Source: Alphaproteobacteria bacterium (lineage in GTDB: Bacteria; Pseudomonadota; Alphaproteobacteria; Rs-D84). From it: a stretch of 64,000 nucleotides of DNA. The notes beneath the pieces were generated by a model. It was not told the DNA's origin. It worked only from the letters and a program-made list of their open reading frames with translations, and searched no databases. The stretch spans positions 162,309 through 226,308 of the forward strand of contig WRKW01000001.1 of NCBI GenBank assembly GCA_009777955.1, given 5' to 3'. Shown in pieces: positions 43,855-53,603 of the stretch (position 1 is its first letter; the number at the start of each line of letters is the position of its first letter). The position numbers and the translations under genes are program-made.

Positions 43855-45012
43855 TTAGAACTGTAACCTCATTCTTACCCCCAGGTCGATTGTTGATAAT
43901 TTTCCGGTTTCGTAATAGTTCGTGTAATGGAATACACTGTCGTATGGGGCGGGTTCTTCGGATCCGGGCACGCCAATCGGTAATCCGCTGGGGGTTGCAA
44001 GCCATTCAGTCTGTGATATGACTATGCTTCCCGATGACTGAACCTTTCCCAGGCTGGCATATCGTACGAAAAAGTCAATCTTGATGCCGCCGTCCATTTC
44101 TGTGGTCATACCAAGTTCCAGCATATAGGCCAGACTTTCGGTAGTACCGCCGGCATGGTATGCAAAAATATCAGATATAGCGGTAAGGGTTCCCGGCGGA
44201 ACGTAAAGCCCTTCATCGACTTCGCCATAAAATTCGTTGTCATAGATAAGATAGTCAGCGATGGTGTTGGTGCTTATACCGATACCGACACCGACATAGG
44301 GGCGCAGGGCACCGCCCGCAAGATAACCGGTATAGGAATCCAGGTTGTAATACAGGTTAATCATGGTGGCACTGCTTGAAACCGCGCCGCCGGTCGCCTG
44401 GACATCAAAGAATCCGCCACCGCCGTCAGAAGTTTGTACAGATGTCGGATAAGAAATTCCGCTGTACCGCAGATATGCAAAGTCGACGCGTACATCGCTG
44501 TTAAGCGCGGCACCGACAGAAAGTTGCAATGGAAGGACTGTGTCGTGTCTGTATTTGGCCTCTTGAAATGCACCCGGGACAATCCAGGCATTTGCTTCGT
44601 TTGCATAGCTTGCGCTTAATCCGCCCATGATAGAGCCAGTGTATGCAAGGGAAAGCCCAAGGTACAGTCCGCTGTCAGACAGGCGGTCATAAGTTCCGGG
44701 GTAATAATACCGGCGACCGGCCGCACCGGTGGCAGAATTGGAACCGACCTGTGGCAGGATTCCGGTTACGCGCGTGGGATTTGCCGCAGTAGACATTTGC
44801 GAAACAGTTCCGGGTGGAATAAATTGACGACCACTATGCATTACAGGCTGTACCGGGAATGTTCCGGGGTGCATTTGTCCGGAAACTGGTGCCATCATCA
44901 TTTGTTGACCCTGTTGGGGTTGCATGAAGTATGCAGGAAAAGCGTCACGGGCGGAAATTGTTCCGCCGACGCAAACCATGCTAAAAATAGCCAAGATTCT
45001 GGATTTTTTCAT
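43855..45012 (-). CDS. Outer-membrane beta-barrel protein (hypothetical OMP).
   Basis: It has a signal peptide MKKSRILAIFSMVCVGGTISA, a Gln/Met/Pro-rich low-complexity linker, alternating beta-strand patterns and a C-terminal GVRMRLQF with terminal Phe. Confidence 0.5.
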   Translation of the reverse strand: MKKSRILAIFSMVCVGGTISARDAFPAYFMQPQQGQQMMMAPVSGQMHPGTFPVQPVMHSGRQFIPPGTVSQMSTAANPTRVTGILPQVGSNSATGAAGRRYYYPGTYDRLSDSGLYLGLSLAYTGSIMGGLSASYANEANAWIVPGAFQEAKYRHDTVLPLQLSVGAALNSDVRVDFAYLRYSGISYPTSVQTSDGGGGFFDVQATGGAVSSSATMINLYYNLDSYTGYLAGGALRPYVGVGIGISTNTIADYLIYDNEFYGEVDEGLYVPPGTLTAISDIFAYHAGGTTESLAYMLELGMTTEMDGGIKIDFFVRYASLGKVQSSGSIVISQTEWLATPSGLPIGVPGSEEPAPYDSVFHYTNYYETGKLSTIDLGVRMRLQF

Positions 45013-45177
45013 CCTCTCCCGTGTCCTCGTTGGTAATATTATATCATAAAAAAGGGATAAAAAAAAGCCCGAAAGGACTTTTTTGGAAGTTTGTATTATC
45101 CCACTGTGAAAACCCATGCAATCGAATATTATGGGATTTCAGACCCGCCCCGCATAGCGGGGCAGGAATAGAACGCA

Positions 45178-46329
45178 TTAAAACCGTACGTTCAGGCGGA
45201 CACCGGTTTCCCATTTGATGTCGGTGCCGTTTTGAGACTTTATCATGGCATCGTCAAACGTGTATTCGCCGTATACCGCGACCTGGATGATTTCATTCAG
45301 TTGATGCGCGACAGAAAGGGTAAAGATATACTCTTCAATGCCGTCGTACATGCTTCCCAGGAAATCGCTCATGACCTTTTCGGTAATTGTTTGGCCACTT
45401 AGAAGTCCATTTTCGATTGCATATTGGACATCAAGCGGGAGCCCAGGCTTTAGAAGTTCCAGGGTCGCATCAGCGGCTGTGGTATCTACTTTGGCTTTTA
45501 CTTTTTCGACTTTGTTTGCCGCACGATTCTTATAGGTAAAGGCACCCCCGACCGACCATTTGCTGTCGATTTCATACAATCCCCTTAAACCTATGTTGTA
45601 TTCCCAGGTAGATTTGGTTTCTACTTTAAATGAATCCGGCAGACCACTGGCGAATGCTTCACCAATAAGTGGTATGGGATGCATAGTTTCATCAACCAAG
45701 AATTCAACCATATCTTTTCCGCTGGGCGTGACTGTGATTTTGTTGTTGCTGTTTCCAAATGTATGCATAGCCTCTACGAATGCGGCACCGGTAAATTTGC
45801 CCCATGTTTTACCAACCTGGGTTCCCAACCATGCACCCCAGCGACCGTTGGAATAGTTATCATAATTGAATGACAGCGGATATATTCCGGGATTTTTGGA
45901 TGCGACCAAATCAGCATTCATTTTTGAAAGGCCACCCATCTGGGCATCGGCATATATATCCCAGACCCACCCGTCTGTTGGAAGAAATTCCGACGCGCGG
46001 AAATTCAGCCCAATGCGGCCGTTGCTTAATCCTTGACGTTCTATGTCTCCGTTATGGGTGTATGTAAAAGAACCGCGCAGAGTCAGCCAATCCGTGATTC
46101 CAACGCCGATGTCTTCATGTATGCGCCAGACCGGAAATTCTATCGCACCGACATAATCTTTTGCCTGTCTGGCCAGATTGCCATCGGTTTTGATATACAT
46201 TATGCCTGCGCTGGTTTTGGAATAAAGTTCCCCGGATGTTGGCATATACAACGGATTTTCCAGATTTGCGGCAATGGTTGGGGTACTGAAAACAGCAAGC
46301 ACAACCGCAGAGGTTAACATTTTTTTCAT
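45178..46329 (-). CDS. Outer-membrane beta-barrel protein (hypothetical OMP or porin-like).
   Basis: It has a signal peptide MKKMLTSAVVLAVFSTPTIAA, amphipathic beta-strands and a C-terminal ETGVRLNVRF with terminal Phe. Confidence 0.5.
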   Translation of the reverse strand: MKKMLTSAVVLAVFSTPTIAANLENPLYMPTSGELYSKTSAGIMYIKTDGNLARQAKDYVGAIEFPVWRIHEDIGVGITDWLTLRGSFTYTHNGDIERQGLSNGRIGLNFRASEFLPTDGWVWDIYADAQMGGLSKMNADLVASKNPGIYPLSFNYDNYSNGRWGAWLGTQVGKTWGKFTGAAFVEAMHTFGNSNNKITVTPSGKDMVEFLVDETMHPIPLIGEAFASGLPDSFKVETKSTWEYNIGLRGLYEIDSKWSVGGAFTYKNRAANKVEKVKAKVDTTAADATLELLKPGLPLDVQYAIENGLLSGQTITEKVMSDFLGSMYDGIEEYIFTLSVAHQLNEIIQVAVYGEYTFDDAMIKSQNGTDIKWETGVRLNVRF

Positions 46330-46574
46330 AAGGTTTCTCCTTTTTTACGTAAAGCATGATTCTGTGAAGCGCGAGTTGTATGATAATATTCGTCACGTGC
46401 CTTACTTTTTACACTTTACGAAGTTTATTTTGATCCTGCGCCCATTTTTGGCAACACAGGACATACGAATCGTACATATAATCCGGAATAAAGTCAAAAA
46501 ACATTGGGTTTGACATTTAGTGTTAAATATTGTAGCCGATTACATGTGTTGTTGTGGATGCAAATTTGTATCGT

Positions 46575-46695
46575 GCGTTGTGCGCACACCACTGTCATAT
46601 TTTCTGTTTTTTGAATGAATAATGAATAATGAATTCGTCGCGCAAAGCGCGACACCATCGTCTTCTTTAAAAGAGCCGTTCAGGTTATAATTCTA
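46575..46695. repeat. MITE-like dispersed repeat, copy D.
   Basis: The copy reads gtgcgcacaccactgtcatattttctgttttttgaatgaataatgaataatgaattcgtcgcgcaaagcgcgacaccatcgtcttctttaaaagagccgttcaggtt. It shares the ttttttgaatgaataatgaataat(t)aat(g)cgtcgcgcaaagcgc..caccatcgtc module with the other copies. Confidence 0.55.
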
Positions 46696-46731
46696 TCCAC
46701 GAATTAATTGACTTGCGTAAGGCGCTTATTA

Positions 46732-47454
46732 TTACATTTCCAATACTTGTTTCTGCAATTCTATCAGCTTGTCACAGCCTTTTGCAGCAAGTGCCATCAT
46801 GTCGGTCAGTTGGGTCGGATTAAACGGACGGGCTTCGCCTGTTACCTGGATTTCGATGAATTTTCCGCTTCCCGCAACGACAAAGTTAGCATCCAGATCC
46901 GCCGTATGATCTTCTTCAAATTCCAGATCCAGAATCAATTCGTTATTCCAATATCCAACGCTGGTCGCGGCTATGAAATCGGATACCGGATCTTCGTTAA
47001 TCCGACCCGATTCGAGAAGCTTTTTCATCGCCAGCTTTAATGCCACGAATCCACCCGTAATTGCGGCACAACGGGTTCCGCCATCGGCCTGGATAACATC
47101 ACAGTCGATTGTTAAGGTGTGTTTTCCCAATTTTTCCATATCTATCACAGATCGAAGTGCGCGTCCGATAAGCCGGGTAATTTCTGCACTGCGATGATCT
47201 TTTATCATTGCTTCACGTGATTTTCGGATTTCGTTCGCACGTGGCAGCATGGAATATTCCGCGCTGACCCAGCCGCCGGTTTTATTCTGTTGACGTTTCC
47301 AAAGGGGTTGGTTCATTTCAACGGATGCGTTGCAAATTACATGGGTTCCGCCAACTTTTATCATGGCCGATCCTTCGGCCCATTTGTTGATATTGATTTC
47401 AATCGATACGGGTCGCATCTGATCTGGTTTGCGAAGTGAGGGGCGTATGGGCAT
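46732..47454 (-). CDS. rph: Ribonuclease PH. The start is possibly at the internal ATG at 47418.
   Basis: RNase PH motifs are present: HAEGSAMIKVGGTHVICNASVE, ...GWVSAEYSMLPRAN, RGRALRSVID and TIDCDVIQADGGTRCAAITGGFVAL. Confidence 0.9.
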   Translation of the reverse strand: MPIRPSLRKPDQMRPVSIEININKWAEGSAMIKVGGTHVICNASVEMNQPLWKRQQNKTGGWVSAEYSMLPRANEIRKSREAMIKDHRSAEITRLIGRALRSVIDMEKLGKHTLTIDCDVIQADGGTRCAAITGGFVALKLAMKKLLESGRINEDPVSDFIAATSVGYWNNELILDLEFEEDHTADLDANFVVAGSGKFIEIQVTGEARPFNPTQLTDMMALAAKGCDKLIELQKQVLEM

Positions 47455-47573
47455 AGTTGTTCCTTTTGTTTCCGGTAATTATAATTCTATGCTTTAAATT
47501 TGCAATCATTAAATATTTGACAAAATAATATTTGTTGTTTATAATGCCCCGTGTTTAACCAAAAGGAAATAAT

Positions 47574-47894
47574 ATGTACAATAACAATGTGGATTACGAA
47601 TTGCATGATCCGATGACACAATATTACATAGATCAAGAGCGGTTAACTTCGGAAGAGCTGGAAGCTGCGAAGGCCGCACGAACACTGAGAAGTTTTGTCA
47701 GCTATTTAACGAAACCCCATAATGTTAAAAACTGGTCAAAACTGGGTGAACAATGCGGTGTATATATAGATAAATTGGATGATGCAAAGGTCGAACCAAA
47801 ACGGATTGATGATAAGTACATCAGATTATTGGAAGCAGATGCCTGGCGACTTTATAATATTAATAGCCGCCAATATGCACATAGTCTTTGTTGA
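47574..47894 (+). CDS. Hypothetical small protein (106 aa).
   Basis: An ORF with a plausible AGGAAA-like ribosome-binding site lies in an otherwise gene-free interval. I recognise no motifs. Confidence 0.25.
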   Translation: MYNNNVDYELHDPMTQYYIDQERLTSEELEAAKAARTLRSFVSYLTKPHNVKNWSKLGEQCGVYIDKLDDAKVEPKRIDDKYIRLLEADAWRLYNINSRQYAHSLC

Positions 47895-48116
47895 TATGCA
47901 TGGGGCATAGGGCGAATATCGCCTTATGCCTTTATATAATCATTCTATCCAGAAAATTCATGCAATCAGAAATTGCTGGATTTCTGTTCCGCCCCTTTTA
48001 CGTTGTTGCCCGCGGTTGTGGGTTGTAAAAGTCGGGTAAATTACCAATTACCCAATTTAATATTGATTTCGTTTTGTTTGCTTGCTAGCATGCCCCATGA
48101 TAAATGAAGGAAGAAC

Positions 48117-49145
48117 ATGTCAGCCAAATCGAAACGAATTATAAAAAAATTTATATCATGGGCGGGGGTTTTATTTTTTGTGATAGCCGCCGGAATGCTG
48201 TATTGGCAGCTAAGAAAATATTCTTTTGTCGATATTGCTCATTCGCTTTTGAACATTCCTTTTAAAAATCTGATTTATGCGTCACTTGCGGCGTTTGCCG
48301 GATATATCGCGCTGTCTTGTTACGATTATCTTGCGTTAAGATATATTGGTCAAAAGCACAAGATCGTCTGGTGGAAATGGATGCTGGCCGGAATCATAGG
48401 ATTTGCGATAAGCAACAATGCCGGACATGCCGTAATATCCGGCGGCACGATACGATACAGACTTTATACCCGTTGGCGCATACGTATGGGCGATATAGTG
48501 AAAATGATGACTTTTATCGGATTTACGTATTTTATGGGTGCGACGGCGATTGTGGTTGCGGGGTATTTTATGATGCCCCATTCTTTGTTTAATGAATCGC
48601 TTGGCTTTAATATCGGAATGCACGGGTTGTTCATATTTTGCGTTGCCAGTCTGGGGGCATATTTTGCCATGACCGCACTGTTCAGAAACAAGAAAGTAAA
48701 TGTCGGTGAACTGGATTTCAAGATTCCACGGACAGGAATGGCGGTGGCGCAAACGGCACTTGGCATGCTTGACAGCCTGCTTGCCGGATTGGTTTTGTAT
48801 TTCTGTATTTCGCATTTTTCAGACGTGCCGTTTACTGTTTTCATAGGGATATTCGTCATAGCCCAGACAGCGGGCGTATTCAGTCAGGTTCCGGGCGGCA
48901 TAGGCGTTTTTGAAAGCATAGTCATGCTTGCCATGCCGGGGGTGGATAATCCGGCGAATTTATTCGGTGCATTGCTGGTGTATAGAATAATATATTTCGT
49001 AATGCCGCTTATTGGTGCCGGGGGATTGTTCGTTATATATGAAAATTGGCTGCGTAACCGAATGAAACGCTGGCTGGAAGAAGCAAAAGCCCGCATGCCG
49101 CATGTCCAGATTCCTTTGCCAAAGTTGGGAAGAAAAAGACAATAA
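48117..49145 (+). CDS. Membrane protein with a lysylphosphatidylglycerol-synthase-like transmembrane domain (UPF0104/MprF-N-like).
   Basis: The 342-aa protein has about eight predicted TM helices. Conserved Arg/Pro positions resemble the LPG_synthase_TM flippase-like domain (YDYLALRY..., GGIGVFESIV, LLVYRIIYF). Confidence 0.5.
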   Translation: MSAKSKRIIKKFISWAGVLFFVIAAGMLYWQLRKYSFVDIAHSLLNIPFKNLIYASLAAFAGYIALSCYDYLALRYIGQKHKIVWWKWMLAGIIGFAISNNAGHAVISGGTIRYRLYTRWRIRMGDIVKMMTFIGFTYFMGATAIVVAGYFMMPHSLFNESLGFNIGMHGLFIFCVASLGAYFAMTALFRNKKVNVGELDFKIPRTGMAVAQTALGMLDSLLAGLVLYFCISHFSDVPFTVFIGIFVIAQTAGVFSQVPGGIGVFESIVMLAMPGVDNPANLFGALLVYRIIYFVMPLIGAGGLFVIYENWLRNRMKRWLEEAKARMPHVQIPLPKLGRKRQ

Positions 49146-49149
49146 TTGC

Positions 49150-49345
49150 TGATTTTTTGAATGAATAATGAATAATTAATGCGTCGCGCAAAGCACAACA
49201 CCATCGTCATGCCTGCGGCGGCAGGCATCCATTGTTCAATAAGACATCGTGCGCATAGCGCACGATACATACATTATTCATTATTCACTATTCATTCAGC
49301 TGAAATCCACTGTACAATAAAGCATCGTGCGCCCCGCGCACACCA
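49150..49345. repeat. MITE-like dispersed repeat, copy E, the most complete copy with terminal inverted repeats.
   Basis: The copy reads tttgaatgaataatgaataattaatgcgtcgcgcaaagcacaacaccatcgtcatgcctgcggcggcaggcatccattgttcaataagacatcgtgcgcatagcgcacgatacatacattattcattattcactattcattcagctgaaatccactgtacaataaagcatcgtgcgccccgcgcacaccact. The terminal inverted repeats are GAATGAATAATGAATAAT and ATTATTCATTATTCAcTATTCATTC. Confidence 0.6.
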
Positions 49346-50659
49346 CTATAACAACTCGCCCGCTTTTATGTATTCGGGCGAGTTTTTTGGTAATACAGAA
49401 CGGGCGCGTTTCGCGTGTTCGCGTGTTTTTGATTTTTCTTTAATCATGGAATAATGTTCCGCCATAGCCCAATCGGCGATGCCGGAATTTCCGCGAAGTC
49501 TTTCCGCTTTGGACAAAACCCAATAGGCCAGTGGTGTCGGCTGTACCAACAGTGCGCGCTTTGCCATTTCTACCGCGCGATCGGCATCACCCTGCTTATT
49601 GCGTTCGGCCAATACCAGTGCCAGCGCGGTCTGAATCTGTGGCGCGCTTTTCAGCCCAATTGATTTTTCATAGGCTTTCACACTGTCGTCATAATGCCCA
49701 GACCGATATTCTATATCGCCCAAAAGTTCATAGAAAAAGGGGTTTTCCGGCGCGCGCGAAATCAGGGTAAGGGTTCCTGTTTTGGCCGCACCGACATCGC
49801 CCGCGCGCATGGCTGAAATTGCACGGGCATAAATTGCGGCATTTGATTTGTCTTTGGGTGGATATATTGTTCTTACCCTGTCCATCGGTGACAAATATCC
49901 GATCAGCTTTGCGCGGATCAGATTATATCTTTCAATCTGCGTCTTGTCTGCCTTGCGCGCTTTGCAGTTTTCGCATTCTTTCAGTCTATCTCTTACATTT
50001 TTTAATCGTTCGCTGGTAAACGGGTGTCTAAGATTATATGGATTAGCGCGTGCTTCTGCGGCACCCACCATGTCTTGCATCTGCTTCATTATGGTGGCAA
50101 ATCCGTTTGGATCCAAATCTGCTTTTATCATCAAATCTATGCCAAGGCTGTCGGCAATGCGTTCCTCGTCCCGGGAAAATGCCATTAGCGAAGAGTTTGC
50201 GATTCCGCCAGCACCGGCTACTATACCCATGCCCATCTGTGGATTTCCGCCCGCAACCATAAGGCCCACGCCAAGCGATTGGATGATAAGCGATCGTATC
50301 AGTTCGGCACGTATCTTTGCGGACATTTGGACGATATGCCCGCCGATCATGTGACCCAATTCGTGTGCTATGACGGCCTGGAAAGCCGATGGCTCTTCAA
50401 TCCGTGTAATCAGGCCTGTGTAAATATAAATATCCTCTCCGCCTGTAACAAATGCATTAAAATCATCATTACTTATGATGCGGATTTGTAATCTGTTTTC
50501 GGGGATGTCCGCTGCCCTGGTTAATGGTTCGATCAGTTCGTGGATAACGACTTCGATTTCTGTATCCTGGATCATGCGCATATTTGCATGTGCTTCGCTT
50601 TTGCAGAATGCAAAGTGCAAAGCGCAAAGCGCGTATAAAATTGCAAGAAACTTTTTCAT
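49346..50659 (-). CDS. bepA: Periplasmic M48 family metalloprotease with a C-terminal TPR domain (BepA/YfgC-like).
   Basis: It has a signal peptide, the HExxH motif AHELGHMIGGH, and C-terminal TPR-like helices (YRSGHYDDSVKAYEKSIGL..., ALALVLAERNKQGDADRAVEM). Confidence 0.7.
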   Translation of the reverse strand: MKKFLAILYALCALHFAFCKSEAHANMRMIQDTEIEVVIHELIEPLTRAADIPENRLQIRIISNDDFNAFVTGGEDIYIYTGLITRIEEPSAFQAVIAHELGHMIGGHIVQMSAKIRAELIRSLIIQSLGVGLMVAGGNPQMGMGIVAGAGGIANSSLMAFSRDEERIADSLGIDLMIKADLDPNGFATIMKQMQDMVGAAEARANPYNLRHPFTSERLKNVRDRLKECENCKARKADKTQIERYNLIRAKLIGYLSPMDRVRTIYPPKDKSNAAIYARAISAMRAGDVGAAKTGTLTLISRAPENPFFYELLGDIEYRSGHYDDSVKAYEKSIGLKSAPQIQTALALVLAERNKQGDADRAVEMAKRALLVQPTPLAYWVLSKAERLRGNSGIADWAMAEHYSMIKEKSKTREHAKRARSVLPKNSPEYIKAGELL

Positions 50660-50676
50660 CTGGTCTGATGATATTG

Positions 50677-52503
50677 TTATCCCAGCAGTTTTTGTAGCAA
50701 GGTTTTCTTTTTTGCGTCTTGCTTGCTTTTACTGTTGCTATTCTTGCCTTTGCTGCTGTTTTGTCGCCGCCGCCGCGATGGCGCGTTCTGTGCCGCCTTG
50801 CGCGCTTCGGCATGTACGGCGTTTTTCTTCTTCACATCAGTGGATGGTGTATACGCGTTTAATAATTCGTCGGTTTTCGCCGCTTCTGGTGCAACGCGTT
50901 GTATAGAATATTGTTCGATATTCAGCATGCTGTCGTCGCCGATAATGACGATTTCCGTATTGAATTTTTCTTCCATCGCCGTCAAATCCGGGCGTTTCGC
51001 ATTCAAAAGATAAACGGCTACATCGCTTGGCACAGTCATTATGATTTTCTGGGCCGACTTTGCCAAAAGCTTTTCTTGTAAATGCCGGAACATGATAATT
51101 GCGGCTGTCTGTATCGACGGCACCACGCCCGCGCCCAAGCAATGCGGGCATTGGACATAGCTGGATTCTATAAATGATGAACGCAAGCGTTGCCGCGACA
51201 TCATCAAGACACCAAAACTGTTGATTTTGGAAACTTGTGTGCGCGCCCGGTCGCGCTTCATTACTTCACGCACTTTTGTTTCAAGCTTTCGGTTATTGCG
51301 TTCTTCTTCCATATCTATAAAGTCTATCGCGATAATGCCGGCCAAATCGCGAAGGCGCAATTGCAGCGCGATTTCTTCGGCTGCTTCCAGATTGGTGTTA
51401 AGTGCGGTCGCTTCAATGTCTTTTTCTTTGATGGCACGGGATGAATTGACATCTATTGTAACCATAGCTTCGGTAGAATTGATAACAAGCGATCCGCCGG
51501 ACGGCAACTGAACCACGGGTCCGTGCAATCCTTCTAGTTGTTGTTCCAGCCCCGCGCGAACCAATAGCGGAACTGCGACATCATCGTATTTTATTATTGC
51601 TTTCTTCGGTGCGCGACCATGCATCTGTTGATAGAATTCGACCGATTGAGCGTATGCTTCGTCGCCCTGGATGGTAAGAATGTCGGTTGGTTCAGAAAGG
51701 AAATCGCGTACAACGCGGCGAAGCAGGGAATCTTCGGTATGAATGGTTGATGGGGCGACCGATTTTAAAGTATTTTCCCGGATTTCATTCCAAAGGTTGG
51801 TAAGGTATTCATAATCTTTTGCAATATCCTTGCCGTCGGCACCAAATGCGGCGGTACGCAGAACGACGGTCATTCCACGCGGAATTTTCAACCCGTGCAG
51901 AATTTCGCGCAGACGGGCGCGCTCTACCCGATCGGAAATCTTTTTGGATATGCCATAAGAATTGCGTTTTCTGGAATTCGGCATAAGAACGGCAAATCGT
52001 CCGGCCAGGGACAAGTAAGTTGTCATGCTGGCACCTTTCTGGCCGCGTTCTTCCTTTACCCCCTGGATAAGAAGTATTTGCTTTGGTTTTATGACATCTT
52101 GGATTTTGAATTCTTTTGCACGTTTAAGGAATTCTTTATTGTCTTCGCCCGCGTCATTATCATCGTATTCTGCGATTTCGGCATCATCGGACGGATCTTC
52201 GTCATAGTCGACTATGTTGGCATGCGCCAGTTCAAGCAACTTTTTCTTTTGCTCTGCGGTAATCTGATAATAATCCGGGTGAATTTCGGAAAATGGCATA
52301 AAGCCGTTTTTTCCACTGCCATAATCTATGAACGCGGCTTGCAACGACGGTTCTATACGTATGACTTTGGCCAGATAAATATTGCCCTTGATCTGAGGTT
52401 TAGTTGTTGTTTCTACATCAAAATCAGAAACGCGACCATTTTCGGCCACTACTACGCGTGTTTCCTCCGGGTGGACTGCATCCACATATATTTTCTTTAT
52501 CAT
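50677..52503 (-). CDS. Ribonuclease E/G family endoribonuclease.
   Basis: From the ATG at 52501-52503, the N-terminal S1 domain MIKKIYVDAVHPEETRVVVAENGRVSDFDVE parallels RNase E (MKRMLINA...RVALVDGQRLYDLDIE). The catalytic core has DNase-I-like and Zn-link regions (C..C..CxGxG) and a Lys/Arg-rich C-terminal tail. Confidence 0.8.
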   Translation of the reverse strand: MIKKIYVDAVHPEETRVVVAENGRVSDFDVETTTKPQIKGNIYLAKVIRIEPSLQAAFIDYGSGKNGFMPFSEIHPDYYQITAEQKKKLLELAHANIVDYDEDPSDDAEIAEYDDNDAGEDNKEFLKRAKEFKIQDVIKPKQILLIQGVKEERGQKGASMTTYLSLAGRFAVLMPNSRKRNSYGISKKISDRVERARLREILHGLKIPRGMTVVLRTAAFGADGKDIAKDYEYLTNLWNEIRENTLKSVAPSTIHTEDSLLRRVVRDFLSEPTDILTIQGDEAYAQSVEFYQQMHGRAPKKAIIKYDDVAVPLLVRAGLEQQLEGLHGPVVQLPSGGSLVINSTEAMVTIDVNSSRAIKEKDIEATALNTNLEAAEEIALQLRLRDLAGIIAIDFIDMEEERNNRKLETKVREVMKRDRARTQVSKINSFGVLMMSRQRLRSSFIESSYVQCPHCLGAGVVPSIQTAAIIMFRHLQEKLLAKSAQKIIMTVPSDVAVYLLNAKRPDLTAMEEKFNTEIVIIGDDSMLNIEQYSIQRVAPEAAKTDELLNAYTPSTDVKKKNAVHAEARKAAQNAPSRRRRQNSSKGKNSNSKSKQDAKKKTLLQKLLG

Positions 52504-52824
52504 TACGTAAATCCTTGAAGTTAAAGCGTAAAATAAAAGTACCGAACTGTCCCCGTGAGCCACAGGCTACGTCAGGGGAGTGCGCAATAGTCACGGCCAG
52601 CGCCGCACAGATCAGAAAAATCAATGTAGATACAAACACTAATTTGCCTTTTACTTATAGCTGAGTTCATGTTATCACGGGCTGGGGTGTTTTTCAAGGG
52701 GAAAATAGGGTCATGATTGCGGATTTATGATTGGTAATGAGCACAAATTACCACGATCGCCCGTTCTGTTGCGTTCGGGATGCTGTACATGGGATCTGGA
52801 ATACCCACTTACGCGTGGCGCGAT
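52504..52824 (-). promoter_or_regulatory. Long 5' leader and promoter region upstream of the RNase E/G gene, a candidate autoregulatory UTR.
   Basis: A roughly 320-bp non-coding interval with multiple potential hairpins (for example gtccccgtgagccacaggctacgtcaggggag) precedes the rne-like start. RNase E genes classically have long structured autoregulatory leaders. Confidence 0.3.
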
Positions 52825-53538
52825 TCACATGTTTGCCAATCGGGTTACAGTTTCCCAATGATTTGAATTTTTGGCGGAATAGATTTTGCCATCCGCAACC
52901 AGATAATGGTCGTATAAAACTATTTCCAAAGCGTCCAGTTTTCGTTTCAAATCTGCCGTTGTTTTTATATCATCGTCTGAAAATTGACCCGTGCCGCCAG
53001 GATGGTTGTGCATAATCGCCATAACTTTTGCATTCAGCTCTATTGCACGTTTCGCCATTTTTATCGGATATGCGGCAGTTTCATCAGATGTTCCGCGCGA
53101 ATGAATATCTTTTGCCAACATCCGGTATCCAGCATCCATATATATGATGTGAAATTCTTCTTCCGTTTTACCCATAAATTCCAATCGGCAATAATTTTCA
53201 AATTTCTCAGACTCATGGAATATCGGCACATTTGCGGCCATATTTTCATACTTCATTGTACTTGCATTACGTATAAGCTTGATAAGCCGTGCTGTTTTCG
53301 AACCTATGCCGGGAACAGCCAATAACTTTTCCGATGATGCGGTAAGTACGCCATAGAATCCGCCGAATTTTTTCAAAAGCTCCCTTGCCACAGGTTTTGT
53401 ATCGATACGCGGAATAGCATAGAACAAAAGTGCTTCTAAAACTTCATTTTCAGATAATGGATCGGAACAGGAATCGAGTTTTTCAAAAACCCTTTCTCTG
53501 TGTCCATGCCGATAATCTTTCGATTTCTTGTTATTCAT
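52825..53538 (-). CDS. radC: RadC-like JAB/MPN domain protein (UPF0758).
   Basis: From the ATG at 53536-53538. The N-terminal HhH region (LLAVPGIGSKTARLIK) and the C-terminal JAMM motif block (ESEKFE...HNHPGGT...SDDD) are typical of RadC. Confidence 0.75.
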   Translation of the reverse strand: MNNKKSKDYRHGHRERVFEKLDSCSDPLSENEVLEALLFYAIPRIDTKPVARELLKKFGGFYGVLTASSEKLLAVPGIGSKTARLIKLIRNASTMKYENMAANVPIFHESEKFENYCRLEFMGKTEEEFHIIYMDAGYRMLAKDIHSRGTSDETAAYPIKMAKRAIELNAKVMAIMHNHPGGTGQFSDDDIKTTADLKRKLDALEIVLYDHYLVADGKIYSAKNSNHWETVTRLANM

Positions 53539-53603
53539 TTTTTTTGATTTTACGGGGCTATACAATCTGTGCAAAGCATGGATGGGCAGGTTAAGCCCCG
53601 CTT

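Noticed and set aside
49179-49454. A 91-aa ORF (MRRAKHNTIVMPAAAGIHCSIRH...) and the similar small ORFs at 43130-43324 and 42876-43061.
   Set aside because: They are encoded entirely by the MITE-like and palindromic repeats. The His/Arg-rich low-complexity translation is an artefact of repeat DNA.
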